Under the pieces are notes generated by a model, which ran no database searches, was not told the DNA's origin, and saw only the letters and a list, made by a program, of their open reading frames with translations. A stretch of 64,000 nt of DNA from Dehalococcoidia bacterium (GTDB lineage: Bacteria > Chloroflexota > Dehalococcoidia > Lucifugimonadales > UBA1123), in NCBI GenBank assembly GCA_965116415.1, contig OZ220693.1, positions 1,580,753-1,644,752 on the forward strand, given 5' to 3'. The translations under genes and the position numbers were made by a program. Shown one piece after another: positions 35,957-46,006 of the stretch. The stretch's first letter is position 1. Each line of letters begins with the position of its first letter.

Positions 35957-37141
35957 ATGCCACTGTTCTCCACCCGGCCCACGGCCCTCTCCGTGATCGC
36001 GCTAGCGGTCCTGTTCGCTGTCGGCTGCTCATCGGGACCGCCTTCGCCGGCGCCCGCTTCCGCTCTTGCACCGTCCCCAGAGGCGCCGCCAACGCAGACA
36101 CCTGTTCCCACTCTCACACCCGTTCCAGCGACCGTCGAGTCTCTTTCACAGCCGTCTGCAGTGGCAGTGGTCTTCCCGGATGACGAAGGGCCGCATGATA
36201 CGCCCATCGAATGGTGGTACTTCAACGGGATGCTGCGGGACGAGGACGGCGGCGAGTACAGCTACCACTTCGTCACTTTTCAGTCGGAAGGGAGTAGTGG
36301 CGGTATACCTCACCTGTTGCAGGCGACACTGGGGGACCACAGGAGCGGTAAGCACTACCACGCGGAAACACCGGCGCTGGCGCCGGTGCTGCCCGAAGCT
36401 GCCGGGGTGGACATCGCCACCGGCAACTGGCTCATGCGCGGCGGACCTGACGGCTACGACATGCGCTTCCAGCTCAGCGGACCGAATGGTCCGGTTGGCC
36501 TGGAACTGAGCGCGGTGTCCCGGCGCGAGCCTGTGCTGCACGGTGGCAGCGGCCTGGTGGAAATGGGGCCGGAGGCAGGTTCAACGTACTACTACTCCCG
36601 TACTCGTCTCGCCGTATCCGGTTGGATAGAAGACACCGGAGGGCGTCGCGAGGTGACCGGTCCGGGATGGATGGACCACCAGTGGGGCGACGTCACCCGA
36701 AGAGACATCGGGTGGGACTGGTCCAGCATTCAGCTGGATGACGGCTCGGACCTGATGGTTGCTGTTATATGGCACCCGGACGGGCGCCGACGCCTGGCCG
36801 GACACGGCACCTACCTGGAGCCCGACGGTGACGTGACCCACTACCACGAGGATGATATTTCGATCACCCCGCTGGGAGCCTGGGTGAGCCCGGAAACCGG
36901 CATCGAATACCCATCGGGCTGGCGGGTGGAGGTCGCACCGCTGGGACTGGAGCTGGAGTTGACGCCTTACGTGGAACAGGCCGAGTTCACCAGTGGCTTC
37001 ATAAAGGTCTCCTACTGGGAGGGAGCGGTCTCAGTGACAGGGCAACGCGGGGGCCAGTCTGTGACGGGCTGGGGCTTCGTGGAACTGGTGGGCTACGACC
37101 CGAAGCAACTGGAAGCTACGCCCAGACCGCAACAGCAGTAG
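35957..37141 (+). CDS. AttH/CrtC-like lipocalin-fold lipoprotein
   Basis: Start at MPLFSTRPTALSVIALAVLFAVGC (lipobox). Motifs DEGPHDTPIEWWYFNG, YYYSRTRL and GPGWMDHQWGD. The 35597 start is rejected. Confidence 0.7.
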   Translation: MPLFSTRPTALSVIALAVLFAVGCSSGPPSPAPASALAPSPEAPPTQTPVPTLTPVPATVESLSQPSAVAVVFPDDEGPHDTPIEWWYFNGMLRDEDGGEYSYHFVTFQSEGSSGGIPHLLQATLGDHRSGKHYHAETPALAPVLPEAAGVDIATGNWLMRGGPDGYDMRFQLSGPNGPVGLELSAVSRREPVLHGGSGLVEMGPEAGSTYYYSRTRLAVSGWIEDTGGRREVTGPGWMDHQWGDVTRRDIGWDWSSIQLDDGSDLMVAVIWHPDGRRRLAGHGTYLEPDGDVTHYHEDDISITPLGAWVSPETGIEYPSGWRVEVAPLGLELELTPYVEQAEFTSGFIKVSYWEGAVSVTGQRGGQSVTGWGFVELVGYDPKQLEATPRPQQQ

Positions 37142-37149
37142 TACCAGGA

Positions 37150-37362
37150 CTAGGCGCAATCCTCAGTCGTGCTTTGTTTACTGAGCATGGACTCCACCTG
37201 CTTCGCTTCAGATTCGCTCACGATTCGGAAGATGGTGTACTGGGGAGCATCTTTGGCCCGGCCCCGTATCGCCTTGCGACCATTTTTCAGGGTTACCACA
37301 CCGGGTTCCACAATCTCGCACATCCTGCGCAGCGGTAAGCAGTAAGCAGTTAGTCCTTCCAA
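37150..37362 (-). CDS. Small hypothetical protein (start uncertain, possibly 37323)
   Basis: Open frame immediately downstream of 37350..37922 in a lower-GC block. No recognisable motif. Confidence 0.3.
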   Translation of the reverse strand: MEGLTAYCLPLRRMCEIVEPGVVTLKNGRKAIRGRAKDAPQYTIFRIVSESEAKQVESMLSKQSTTEDCA

Positions 37363-37922
37363 GGGATACCTCCGTTGATCTGTTGGTTTTGGCCTTCATC
37401 CTCTAACAGGCCGTGAGAACCATTTCCATTTTGCAGGGCATGGTTTTCCCCTCCGCGCCGGGCTGTAGTTAGAGCAACGATGTCATCGTCCAGGTACTCT
37501 TTAATCAACTCAACAGCCTGGCTAATGGCCTGGTCCAGGTTGTTTCGGGCGGTTTCTGGTTCGGCATGGTTGACCTGGAACCCCAGCCACTGCTCCCACC
37601 GTTCCCTGTCATCCCGTATTATCAATTGGACATCTTTCCAGTCCTGGGCCAGCTTCAGTAACCGATGCAGCACCCAGTCCCACTGACTGGGACTGTTCAC
37701 ATAGCACAGGACATAAGCCGTTCCACCGGTGGTCTCCCACCAGTCTGGCAACTCAGGGTGACCTTCACAGGAGGAGAGGGTTTCTACCAGGTCGGTCTGG
37801 TTCAATGTCCACACCAGCTCCCTGATCCCTGGTTCCAACTGCTCGTAGTCCATGAACCAGGGGTGCATCGCCTGGGCGCCAGGGAAAGTCTTAAGGAGAA
37901 CCGCTCGTTTGAACCACCACAT
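37350..37922 (-). CDS. Hypothetical protein
   Basis: 190-aa ORF with Trp-rich, non-repetitive composition (SSCEGHPELPDWWETTGGTAYVLCYV). Lower GC than the flanks. Confidence 0.5.
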   Translation of the reverse strand: MWWFKRAVLLKTFPGAQAMHPWFMDYEQLEPGIRELVWTLNQTDLVETLSSCEGHPELPDWWETTGGTAYVLCYVNSPSQWDWVLHRLLKLAQDWKDVQLIIRDDRERWEQWLGFQVNHAEPETARNNLDQAISQAVELIKEYLDDDIVALTTARRGGENHALQNGNGSHGLLEDEGQNQQINGGIPWKD

Positions 37923-38313
37923 ACTGCCTCCTCACGAACCCTTGATTCAGGTCACAATAGACCTGCGACATATTGATAGTTACTCTCATTAGATGGATCT
38001 CAATCGCTCATCCGCTCGTTCGTTTAACGACAGGATATGCAACGGCGATCGATCTCTATATGCTGGTCTGCAGGCGCGATTATTTTGATAGTTTATATCA
38101 ATACTGTTCAGGTGTGGGAGATTAGCACCTTTCTCGCGGGGCTGTCAATTCGGCGCGCGGTTATGGGTCTCCGCCAGTGACCACAGACCTGTTCTCACAG
38201 AGCACCGCTCCTGTACTCTACTGCCAAAAGTTCAGGTCGAGGGAGAATTGAGATCAGGTCACGGGCCATGTCTCCTGGAGAATTAGCCCTCGCCGCTCCC
38301 AGGGAGCCTGACT

Positions 38314-39038
38314 ATGAGAATCACCCTCGCCGATGCGTGCGTGTTTGCGCTCTTGATAGGGTTGCTGAACGCCTGCGACGGTGGCCAGCAGACGACATCT
38401 ACAGCGTCAACCCCACTCACCGCCACTCAGCTTTTGCCCGATGGGTCCGTCGTCGTACGGGGCGAGGTGTGGGCCGATAACTGGTTCGCCTTCTATCTCG
38501 GCGAGCGCCTGATTGTCGAGGACTCGACGCCGATTACTACAGAGCGGTCGTTCAATGCGGAGACGTTCGTCTTTGAGGGCGAGTACCCTATGCAGATGAA
38601 TTTTGTCGCCAAGGACTTCAAGGAGAACGACACAGGCCTGGAGTACATAGGCCGTCGCAATCAGCAGATGGGCGATGGAGGTCTCATTGCGCAGTTCACG
38701 GACACTGCAACGGGTGGCACAATCGCGGTCACAGACTCCAACTGGAGATGCCTGGTCATCCACGCGGCGCCACTCAATCGCTCTGGTGCAGACGAGTCCA
38801 ATCCAGAGGCCGGCGTCAGCCCTTGCCAATTCCGTGCGATGGATGAGCCCGAAGGCTGGCGTATGCCGGACTACGACGACAGCGAATGGGGTCAGCAGTG
38901 GAGTACAGTGAAAGCGATGTGCGCCCGAAGGACGGTTACGACCGAATTGACTGGAGCAGCGAGGCGCAACTAATCTGGGCCGCCGACCTCGAGAGGGACA
39001 ACACCCTGCTATGCCGCCTCTCAGTGGAGCGACCCTGA
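38314..39038 (+). pseudogene. Lipoprotein of unknown function with probable frameshift near 38890-38900
   Basis: Lipobox LLNAC. After DDSEWG the annotated frame turns Arg/Thr-rich. The +1 frame reads VEYSESDVRPKDGYDRIDWSSEAQLIWAADLERDNTLLCRLSVERP up to the TGA at 39036-39038. Confidence 0.45.
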
Positions 39039-39070
39039 AGGCACGCATACACTTCGCTCAGGTAATCTCC

Positions 39071-39166
39071 CACCCTTCTCGTGCGCACAGTTATGAACGT
39101 CTTCAACTGGTGAACGTGGAGGTCATCGGGCGCGTGTTCCCGGCGCGGGAGGGGGCGTAGGGGGTA
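39071..39166 (+). pseudogene. Remnant of an HdrB-like paralog with a clean internal deletion
   Basis: 39071-39119 matches 35111-35160. 39119-39166 matches about 35873-35920, including the stop and GGGGCGTAGGGGGT. About 0.7 kb between the two matches is missing. Confidence 0.75.
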
Positions 39167-39274
39167 TAAAGGTCTTAGTCAGTGACTTTGCTGAACGCGG
39201 TTGCCAGCCTGGGGGGGACTTGCTGAAGTTGGGCGACGGGCGCCGTGGGTTCGTGCGTGACTCTTCGTGAACCT

Positions 39275-40570
39275 CTAAGTTGCTTCTGCCATTTCCACCA
39301 CAGCGTCCTCCACTCTCAGTACGGCAAGCTGGACCTGCCTAAGGTCATGGACAACGGCGGCAATCGAGTCAATATCAGTGTTCCCTATAGCCGTATCAAG
39401 TTCATTGAACTTCGCACCAAAATCTCGGAGGGCTAGAACAATCTCGTGGAGTCTCACTCCTAGCGAGTATCTCCTATTTAGGTGAAATTCCCTGCTTAGT
39501 GTCGATAAGGCTCTCATCTTCTCATCGATTTGCTCAAACCTCAGCTTGAGAGCCTCACGAATTGAACGTAGATCTGCGAGAGGAATATTGGGGCCGATCG
39601 GCTCAATTATCTGAAGTGTCTCGTTGACGAACTGCTTGATTCCTATCGACCCGAGCTTGGAGACAAACTCCCGCCGCAAGGGCCCTACCACGTCGTCGGG
39701 AAGGCTGGTGATCCTGCGAATCTGGAATAATCTGTTGGCGTCAACTTCTCCGAACAGTTCAAATTCGATGCCAATCAGCTGCTTCGCCGGAAAACGCATC
39801 ACATCCCGCTTGGTTTCACCTGGCTGAAGAGTGCCTATTTCTGTCCTGTATCGCCCCGCAGCTTCTATGACGACGGAGTTGAACCACACGTCTGGCCAGT
39901 CCGCACGATCCGGTGCGGTGTTATGAACCGTAAGCGTGACCTCTGCGTTCCCATCTGTACCCTCATCCGGCATCCTCACTGTCTTCTCCAAGACCAAGCA
40001 GGACTGTAATATCCGCCACAGATCGGATGTCGGAGTAGGAGCCTCCTGAACCTCTACACCGCGCTCGGGATGGTCGAACTCGTCCATGGGGTCTTCTTCC
40101 TCCACACTACTGGAATCTCCTTCCAACTCATTACTCATCGTCTCGATTTCCAAGGCCTCATCGCAGCTCAGAGCCGTGAGGATACGTCTCATTTGCTCTG
40201 CTGCCCTTCTCGCACGTGCCAAAGAAATGTTGTCTAGGTGTGCCCAGTCATTCCGTATGGCTGTCAACCGCCGGAGTTCCTCAGATGTCCTTACCGTGTC
40301 CCTAAAAGCATCTGAAAACACGTTGGAGTTTCGGCCAATGATGCGCATGAAGTGAGGAGCGTCCAAAAGGAGGTGCCGATCACGAGCTGGGTCTCTTTCG
40401 AAGTGTGGCTTCAGAGCTTCCAGTTGGGCTTCCGTTAAGGATCTCTCCACTCCATTCTGCCACCAGTCATCCCCATGTTCGCCGACCAAGCGTTCGTAAA
40501 TCGCTCTCCTGACTCCTGTTATGTAGAGAACATGGCATCGCGTGAAGAACATATAGACATCCAAGTTCAA
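39275..40570 (-). CDS. Swt1-like HEPN domain protein with an uncharacterised C-terminal two-thirds
   Basis: N-terminal GDDWWQNGV...LTAIRNDWAHL (RNxxAH fits Rx4H). It continues with an acidic linker, a beta-rich middle and a helical C-terminus. Lower GC. Confidence 0.6.
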   Translation of the reverse strand: MNLDVYMFFTRCHVLYITGVRRAIYERLVGEHGDDWWQNGVERSLTEAQLEALKPHFERDPARDRHLLLDAPHFMRIIGRNSNVFSDAFRDTVRTSEELRRLTAIRNDWAHLDNISLARARRAAEQMRRILTALSCDEALEIETMSNELEGDSSSVEEEDPMDEFDHPERGVEVQEAPTPTSDLWRILQSCLVLEKTVRMPDEGTDGNAEVTLTVHNTAPDRADWPDVWFNSVVIEAAGRYRTEIGTLQPGETKRDVMRFPAKQLIGIEFELFGEVDANRLFQIRRITSLPDDVVGPLRREFVSKLGSIGIKQFVNETLQIIEPIGPNIPLADLRSIREALKLRFEQIDEKMRALSTLSREFHLNRRYSLGVRLHEIVLALRDFGAKFNELDTAIGNTDIDSIAAVVHDLRQVQLAVLRVEDAVVEMAEAT

Positions 40571-40773
40571 GGAGACACCTCTTGCTAGCTGGTCACACTA
40601 ATTTGGTGCTGGGCCATAGTGTATACCTACTTCAGGATCGCTCAACCGTGGTTGCCGGCTCTCCAACAGCTTAAGGGATGTAACGGCTAAGAAGAACTCG
40701 GCCAAATGCCACAGTTCCCCATCTCTATGTCACTGGGACTTGCGCATGACGGCCTGAAATATTGGCTGTCAGT

Positions 40774-41643
40774 TCATCCGTCGCTCTCCTGTGTGGCTCG
40801 CCACAGGTAGCTCGCAAACGAAGCGCAGACACCAAGCATAAACACTGCCTCGTCTCGTCCCGAGGGTGAAGCCGAGTGGTCCAACAAGGCGTGGCGGATT
40901 CCCTCCTCATCCGATGTGTATCCGTAGAGTTTACTGAAAGCATCCTTTAGCGCCGGATGAATGTGCTTTCTTTCTTCGAGCGACTTCAAAGCTGGTGCTA
41001 ATGTACTGGCTGATTCTGGAGCCAGCGTACGCGCTACGGATTCAACAGAGTGAATGCTCTCTCTAATTGACCCTGGCCAGTCGCCTTGATTTATCAGCTC
41101 TGTCGCTTTCCGGAGATGTGTTCTCGCTCCATCAAGGCCCGTCTCACTTAACGTGTGCATAGCGTCCGTGATTGCTTCACCTTCCTGCCAAGTGGCCATG
41201 GGGAAAATGGTAGGAGGCCCATTCGTGTCCACGCAGTAAGCCAACTGACAGTATTCAAATAGGGCTTTTACTTCGACGGTGAATTCAGATGGGCATTTTG
41301 GATGACGCATGATGATCTGTAGTACATCGAATACCTTGTTGAATTCTAAGTCCTCTAGTATTTGATACCTGTAGATGCCAAGGAATTCATCTATTGTGCC
41401 TCTGAATTCCTCTAGTGGTATCTCTAGAAACTCCCGATGCAGTTCCGCTGCTATTGCCCTCCAATTAACTCCTAAGTGGCCACCTCCAGAGGATCTACGT
41501 AAATATATATACAGCAAATCCCATAGCCTGTGACGAGCATCAGAACTAAGTTCTTCAAGTGCTAGCGGACCAGGTAGACCCTCGTAGCCTTGGGCTTGCG
41601 AGAATGTGAGGTTTCTGGGATCAAGTCTCTCGTTATCTTGCAC
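40774..41643 (-). CDS. AbiJ-like protein (AbiJ N-terminal domain 4 plus HEPN-like C-terminus)
   Basis: N-terminal LTFSQAQGYEGLPGPLALEELSSDARHRLWDLLY. C-terminal SIRESIHSVESVAR...LYGYTSDEEGIRHAL. Confidence 0.55.
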   Translation of the reverse strand: MQDNERLDPRNLTFSQAQGYEGLPGPLALEELSSDARHRLWDLLYIYLRRSSGGGHLGVNWRAIAAELHREFLEIPLEEFRGTIDEFLGIYRYQILEDLEFNKVFDVLQIIMRHPKCPSEFTVEVKALFEYCQLAYCVDTNGPPTIFPMATWQEGEAITDAMHTLSETGLDGARTHLRKATELINQGDWPGSIRESIHSVESVARTLAPESASTLAPALKSLEERKHIHPALKDAFSKLYGYTSDEEGIRHALLDHSASPSGRDEAVFMLGVCASFASYLWRATQESDG

Positions 41644-41763
41644 GTATATTCTCCGGATCGATTCTCATTGCATTAGGCCTTCACGGCTCGGGTCGAGACT
41701 CCCGCCAGTTCTGCAACAAGCCTTGTCTGTAGCAGAACCCAGATGCGCACCGCAGTGGTGGTC

Positions 41764-43017
41764 TCAGCCGACCACCTTCCTGAACGCCGTCGCCAGCCTC
41801 GGCCCCACCTCTCTGAGCTGCTCGACGGTTGCGCTGCTGAAGGCTAGGCGGAGGTACCTGTCGCGGGCCTTCTCGGAGTCGTGGAAGAACGACGAACCGG
41901 ACGCAAGCATGAGTCCCACTTCGGCGGCCGCGGCTCTCACCTCGGACGCGGGCGCGCCGATGCACTCCAGCCACAGGAAGAACCCTCCCTCGGGACGGGT
42001 GAACCTGACGTATTGGCCGCAGTGCTCTTCGATGGAGTCGCACAGCGTCCGGCACTTGAGCGCGTACAGCTCGCGCATCTCCTCAACGTGGGGCTCGAGG
42101 TGGCCGGCGTCCACGTAGCGCGCCATCGCCATGAGCAGCAGGGGGCTGCCACCCATGTCCTGCCTGACCTTGGGCAGCGCCCTTATGAACTCGTGCCTCG
42201 CCTGCACCCAGCCGATTCGCAGGCCGGTGGCGGCGACCTTGCTGAAGGTGCCGATGCGCATTACGCCGTAGCCTTCGGACAGTGCGTACATCGAGGGAGG
42301 AGGCGAGTCGTCGAAGTGGAGCTCGCTGTAGGTGCCGTCCTCGACGACCAGGACGCGGTGGCGGGCGCACAGCTCGAGCAACGCCCTGCGGCGGGCCTCG
42401 GACATCGTGACGCCTGTCGGATTGTGGTAGTCGGGGATCGTGTAGAGCATCTTGACCGTCTTGCCGGCGGCCTCAGCCTCGGCGATGGCAGCCGCAACGG
42501 CCTCCAGCGAGATGCCGTCTTCGTCGACGGGGACCTCGGCGATCTCGGCCTGGCAGGCCCGGATCGTCTGGACGAAGCCGCTGAAGCTCGGGCCCTCTGA
42601 TATGACCACGTCGCCCGCGCGGACGAACGTCCTGGCGATGTTGTCCATCGCCGCGGAGCCGCCGTTGTGAACGATGAAGTTGCCAGCGTCGAGGTCGAGG
42701 CCGTCGATGCGGCTCTGGCGGTCGGCCAGCGCCTCTCGCAGGCCATCGAATCCCATCCAGCCGCCGTAGACCATGGCGTCGTCCGCTTCTTCGTCGAGGA
42801 CGGCGTTCAGCGCGTTCCTGAGATCCTCGACAGGGATAGTGGGCGCGTCGGGAATGCCGCCTCCCAGCGGGATGAGGTCGGGGTGCTCAGACGGCAGCGT
42901 CCATGTCCACTCTCCTTCAGCGTCGTCTCCAACACCCGCCATGAGCGCCGCCTCTGACGCGAGCTCGCCGAGTCGCACATCCTGCCAGGCTGCGCGCGAT
43001 ATTTCCCTCTGGTCCAT
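41764..43017 (-). CDS. PLP-dependent aminotransferase, class I/II
   Basis: Motifs YHNPTG and GTFSKVAATGLRIGW (PLP lysine context), with LRLAFS near the C-terminus. Confidence 0.85.
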   Translation of the reverse strand: MDQREISRAAWQDVRLGELASEAALMAGVGDDAEGEWTWTLPSEHPDLIPLGGGIPDAPTIPVEDLRNALNAVLDEEADDAMVYGGWMGFDGLREALADRQSRIDGLDLDAGNFIVHNGGSAAMDNIARTFVRAGDVVISEGPSFSGFVQTIRACQAEIAEVPVDEDGISLEAVAAAIAEAEAAGKTVKMLYTIPDYHNPTGVTMSEARRRALLELCARHRVLVVEDGTYSELHFDDSPPPSMYALSEGYGVMRIGTFSKVAATGLRIGWVQARHEFIRALPKVRQDMGGSPLLLMAMARYVDAGHLEPHVEEMRELYALKCRTLCDSIEEHCGQYVRFTRPEGGFFLWLECIGAPASEVRAAAAEVGLMLASGSSFFHDSEKARDRYLRLAFSSATVEQLREVGPRLATAFRKVVG

Positions 43018-43127
43018 GTTTACCTCACCGTCGGCGGCTCTGTGACCGCAGTTAACTCTCTAGTCTGGAAATTGTAACGGAACCCGGCTCAGGGTCTACA
43101 GCGGTACGGCTGGTCAGAGGCCCTAAC

Positions 43128-43154
43128 GTAGGGGCGTCCCTTGTGGGCGCCCTG
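43128..43154. repeat. REP family D-like imperfect palindrome GTAGGGGCGTCCCTTGTGGGCGCCCTG
   Basis: Shares the GTAGGGGCG arm with 12732-12759. Intergenic. Confidence 0.6.
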
Positions 43155-43198
43155 GGCATGATGACCAACATGGGACAGCCACTCGCCGGGGCGAGCCC

Positions 43199-43603
43199 CT
43201 ACCCGATCTGGAAGAAGGGGTTCCATGCGACCTCCCACAGGTGGCCGTCGGGGTCGGTAAAGTAGCCGGAGTACCCTCCCCAGAAGACGTCCTCGGCAGG
43301 CTTTACCAGGGTCGCACCGGCGTCCACTGCCACCTGGAGCAGCTCGTCCACATCGCTCCTGGTACGCACGTTGTGGGCCAGGGTCACGCCGGAGAATCCG
43401 GTGCCGTCCGAGGGTATGCCGACATCTTCGGCGAGGGCGGCTCGTGGGTAGAGCGCGAGCCACGTGCCGCTGGTCTCGAAGAAGGCGATCGACTCGGTAT
43501 CCTCGTCGTCACGCAGAGGCAGTCCGAGGCCGTCGCGGTAGAACTGTATTGCGCGGGGGAGGTCGGTTACTCCGAGGGTAATGATGCTGATTCGTGGTTC
43601 CAT
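43199..43603 (-). CDS. VOC/glyoxalase family protein
   Basis: ISIITLGVTDLPRAIQFYRDGLG...GYSGYFTDPDGHLWEVAWNP. Confidence 0.85.
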   Translation of the reverse strand: MEPRISIITLGVTDLPRAIQFYRDGLGLPLRDDEDTESIAFFETSGTWLALYPRAALAEDVGIPSDGTGFSGVTLAHNVRTRSDVDELLQVAVDAGATLVKPAEDVFWGGYSGYFTDPDGHLWEVAWNPFFQIG

Positions 43604-43708
43604 GGCGCTTCTCTCTTATTCATAAGTGGTCTGGGAAACAGGATAGACGAGAATGCTTATAGGCTGTCATCACTGTCTCTCAGAATGACAGGGATTGGTA
43701 TTCGTGCC

Positions 43709-43748
43709 TTTCACCCTCACCCCAACCCTCTCCCTGAGGGAGAGGGGG
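43709..43748 (+). repeat. REP-like element, family A
   Basis: TTCACCCTCACCCCAACCCTCTCCCTGAGGGAGAGGGGG. Confidence 0.85.
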
Positions 43749-43844
43749 CCGCCGGCTGGAGTCAGGCAATATACCGTGATCTGATCCAGGGGTATAGAAT
43801 TCGGTTGCCCCTTGAATCCAAGACTATTAGTAGAGGAGCGTGCA

Positions 43845-44828
43845 ATGGTTGGTGACTCACAGTGGACTCCTGAGCTGAGCCGGCGCTGGGACGAGGGGAT
43901 AGTACGTTACCCTGACCCGGCGGTGGAGGTGCTGGACCCGCGCTTCGGCGCATACCGGGTCGGGAATACCGCCGTGGAGCGCCTGTTTACCGGGACGCGA
44001 TGGGCGGAAGGGCCGGTGTGGTTCGGCGACTTCAGGTCGCTGGTCTTCAGCGACATTCCCAACAACCGTATGCTGCGCTACTGCGAGGTGACCGGCGAGG
44101 TCACGCTGTTTCGTCAGCCCTCCAACTACACCAACGGCAACACGCGAGACCGGCAGGGTCGGCTGATTAGCTGCGAGCACCTGACGCGACGGGTCACCCG
44201 CACCGAGCACGACGGGACGATCACCGTGTTGCTGGACAGCTTCGACGGCAGGCGACTGAACGGCCCGAACGACGTGGTCGTCCACTCCGACGGCGCCGTC
44301 TGGTTCACCGACCCGGGCTATGGGATCCTGGTGGCATACGAGGGAGCGAAGGCCGAGGCCGAGCTGCCCACGCACGTCTACCGGCTGGATACAGAGACAG
44401 GTGAAGTCACGGTGGTGGCTGACGACCTGGTGAAGCCCAACGGGCTGGCCTTCTCACCTGACGAGTCGCGGCTGTACATCACGGACACCGGCAGGTCCCA
44501 CGACCCGAACGGGCCGGGGCACATCCGGGTCTTCGACGTGGCGGACGGCCGGGAGCTGCGTGGCGGAGATGTCTTCGCGGACATGGCCCCCGGATTCGCC
44601 GACGGCATACGGACCGACCGCGACGGCAACGTGTGGTCGAGCGTGGGCTGGGCCGGACAGGGTACTGACGGCGTCCACTGCCTGACGCCTGATGGCGACC
44701 TGATCGGCCGGATCGTCCTTCCTGAACCCTGCGCGAACCTGTGCTTCGGGGGCCTCAAGGGGAACCGCCTGTTCATGACGTCCAGCCAGTCCCTCTACTC
44801 GCTCTACGTGGAGGCCGTGGGGAACTAA
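43845..44828 (+). CDS. SMP-30/gluconolactonase/LRE-family protein
   Basis: Motifs EGPVW, LVFSDIPNNRMLRY, NGNTRD, NDVVVHSDGAVWFTDP, PNGLAFSPDE and ADGIRTD. GAGGAG lies before the ATG at 43845. Confidence 0.85.
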   Translation: MVGDSQWTPELSRRWDEGIVRYPDPAVEVLDPRFGAYRVGNTAVERLFTGTRWAEGPVWFGDFRSLVFSDIPNNRMLRYCEVTGEVTLFRQPSNYTNGNTRDRQGRLISCEHLTRRVTRTEHDGTITVLLDSFDGRRLNGPNDVVVHSDGAVWFTDPGYGILVAYEGAKAEAELPTHVYRLDTETGEVTVVADDLVKPNGLAFSPDESRLYITDTGRSHDPNGPGHIRVFDVADGRELRGGDVFADMAPGFADGIRTDRDGNVWSSVGWAGQGTDGVHCLTPDGDLIGRIVLPEPCANLCFGGLKGNRLFMTSSQSLYSLYVEAVGN

Positions 44829-44912
44829 ATCCTCTTCCCAAACCGGGGACTCGTGTGCCGTGAAGACAGTACTTCCAGATACCCCAGCAGGTACCGAGGT
44901 GATGTTTCCCGG

Positions 44913-45833
44913 TTAAGTCGTCTCCCAGGTAATCAGCACCTCCCGGAGTGACCGTCTCCATCGCGGACGATATCCGGCCTGCCCACTGACGAACAGCTTG
45001 TCGAAGTTGTCCTCAAGAATGCCGGAGGCCCGCTCCCTGTCCTCGGTCCGGAACCACGAGCCTCCCAAAGCCCATGCCAGGGCGTCTTCACGGCTCGCGT
45101 GGCTTGTATCCTCCCACCAGGGGCCATCCGGCAACACAAGCAGATCGGGCAGGACATCCATCTCCCACAGCACCGACATGAGCTGACGATAGCCGGGCAG
45201 TGGCTCCTGCGGCTCACCGTACACCAGCTCGAACAGCGGACCGGCGCTGCAGGCCGGTGGTTCGCTCCATAAGGTAACCATCACTCTTCGGCGAGCCGAC
45301 GCCTGCAGTTTCTCCACGAATGGGACGATGTCCCGTACGAAGTAGGTGACACAGCCCGCGAACACCACGTCGCCCTCGATGCCGTTTGCGACCATCCACT
45401 CGGCCTGTATGCGACTGGCGTTGCCTATGCCAGCCTCCCTGCGGCTGGCGTCGAACTCAGCGCCCATTCCTGGTGAGGGCTCCACAACGACGACCTCCCG
45501 GCAGCTCTGCGCAAGGGGTAGGGATACCCTGCCGGCCCCGCCTCCCACGTCGATGAAGACGTCATCAGGCCGCAGGTACGAGACGATCACCTGCAGGCTG
45601 GCGTCTAGTTCACGACAAGGGTCCATCCGAAACCACCTGGCCATTGCGCCCCAGGAATCGCTCGAAGGTTGAGGTCCAAAGAGACGAGCGTGCTGATCGT
45701 CAACCGCGTCATGATGGTGGGCGAAGTCCCTGGCGGCGGACATTCGGTTGGGTCCTATAGCTGTTCCAGGTGGATGTTGAAGTGAACTCAGTTCATCGAT
45801 TCTCATAATTGATGTCTCTTTTAATATGTGCAA
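44913..45833 (-). CDS. SAM-dependent methyltransferase (class I)
   Basis: Motif I FIDVGGGAGRVS. The exact start is uncertain. Confidence 0.65.
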   Translation of the reverse strand: MHILKETSIMRIDELSSLQHPPGTAIGPNRMSAARDFAHHHDAVDDQHARLFGPQPSSDSWGAMARWFRMDPCRELDASLQVIVSYLRPDDVFIDVGGGAGRVSLPLAQSCREVVVVEPSPGMGAEFDASRREAGIGNASRIQAEWMVANGIEGDVVFAGCVTYFVRDIVPFVEKLQASARRRVMVTLWSEPPACSAGPLFELVYGEPQEPLPGYRQLMSVLWEMDVLPDLLVLPDGPWWEDTSHASREDALAWALGGSWFRTEDRERASGILEDNFDKLFVSGQAGYRPRWRRSLREVLITWETT

Positions 45834-46006
45834 TTTATTGTATATAGTATAATATATCTATTGCATGGATTGGAAAAGGGGCTGCATGACTTTCACCAGC
45901 GCAAATTCGCGCTGTCGAAGCTCCCGATGCACGGTACAGCGCATCTTAGTAACGACTAGCAGACTACCGAAGACATACGGATACGGCAACGGAGGCACAG
46001 AATCTA

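Noticed and set aside
45821-45853. TATAAT at 45848-45853 as a promoter -10 in the AT-rich divergent region
   Set aside because: No acceptable -35 hexamer lies at 16-18 bp spacing, and sigma-70-type consensus may not apply to this phylum.
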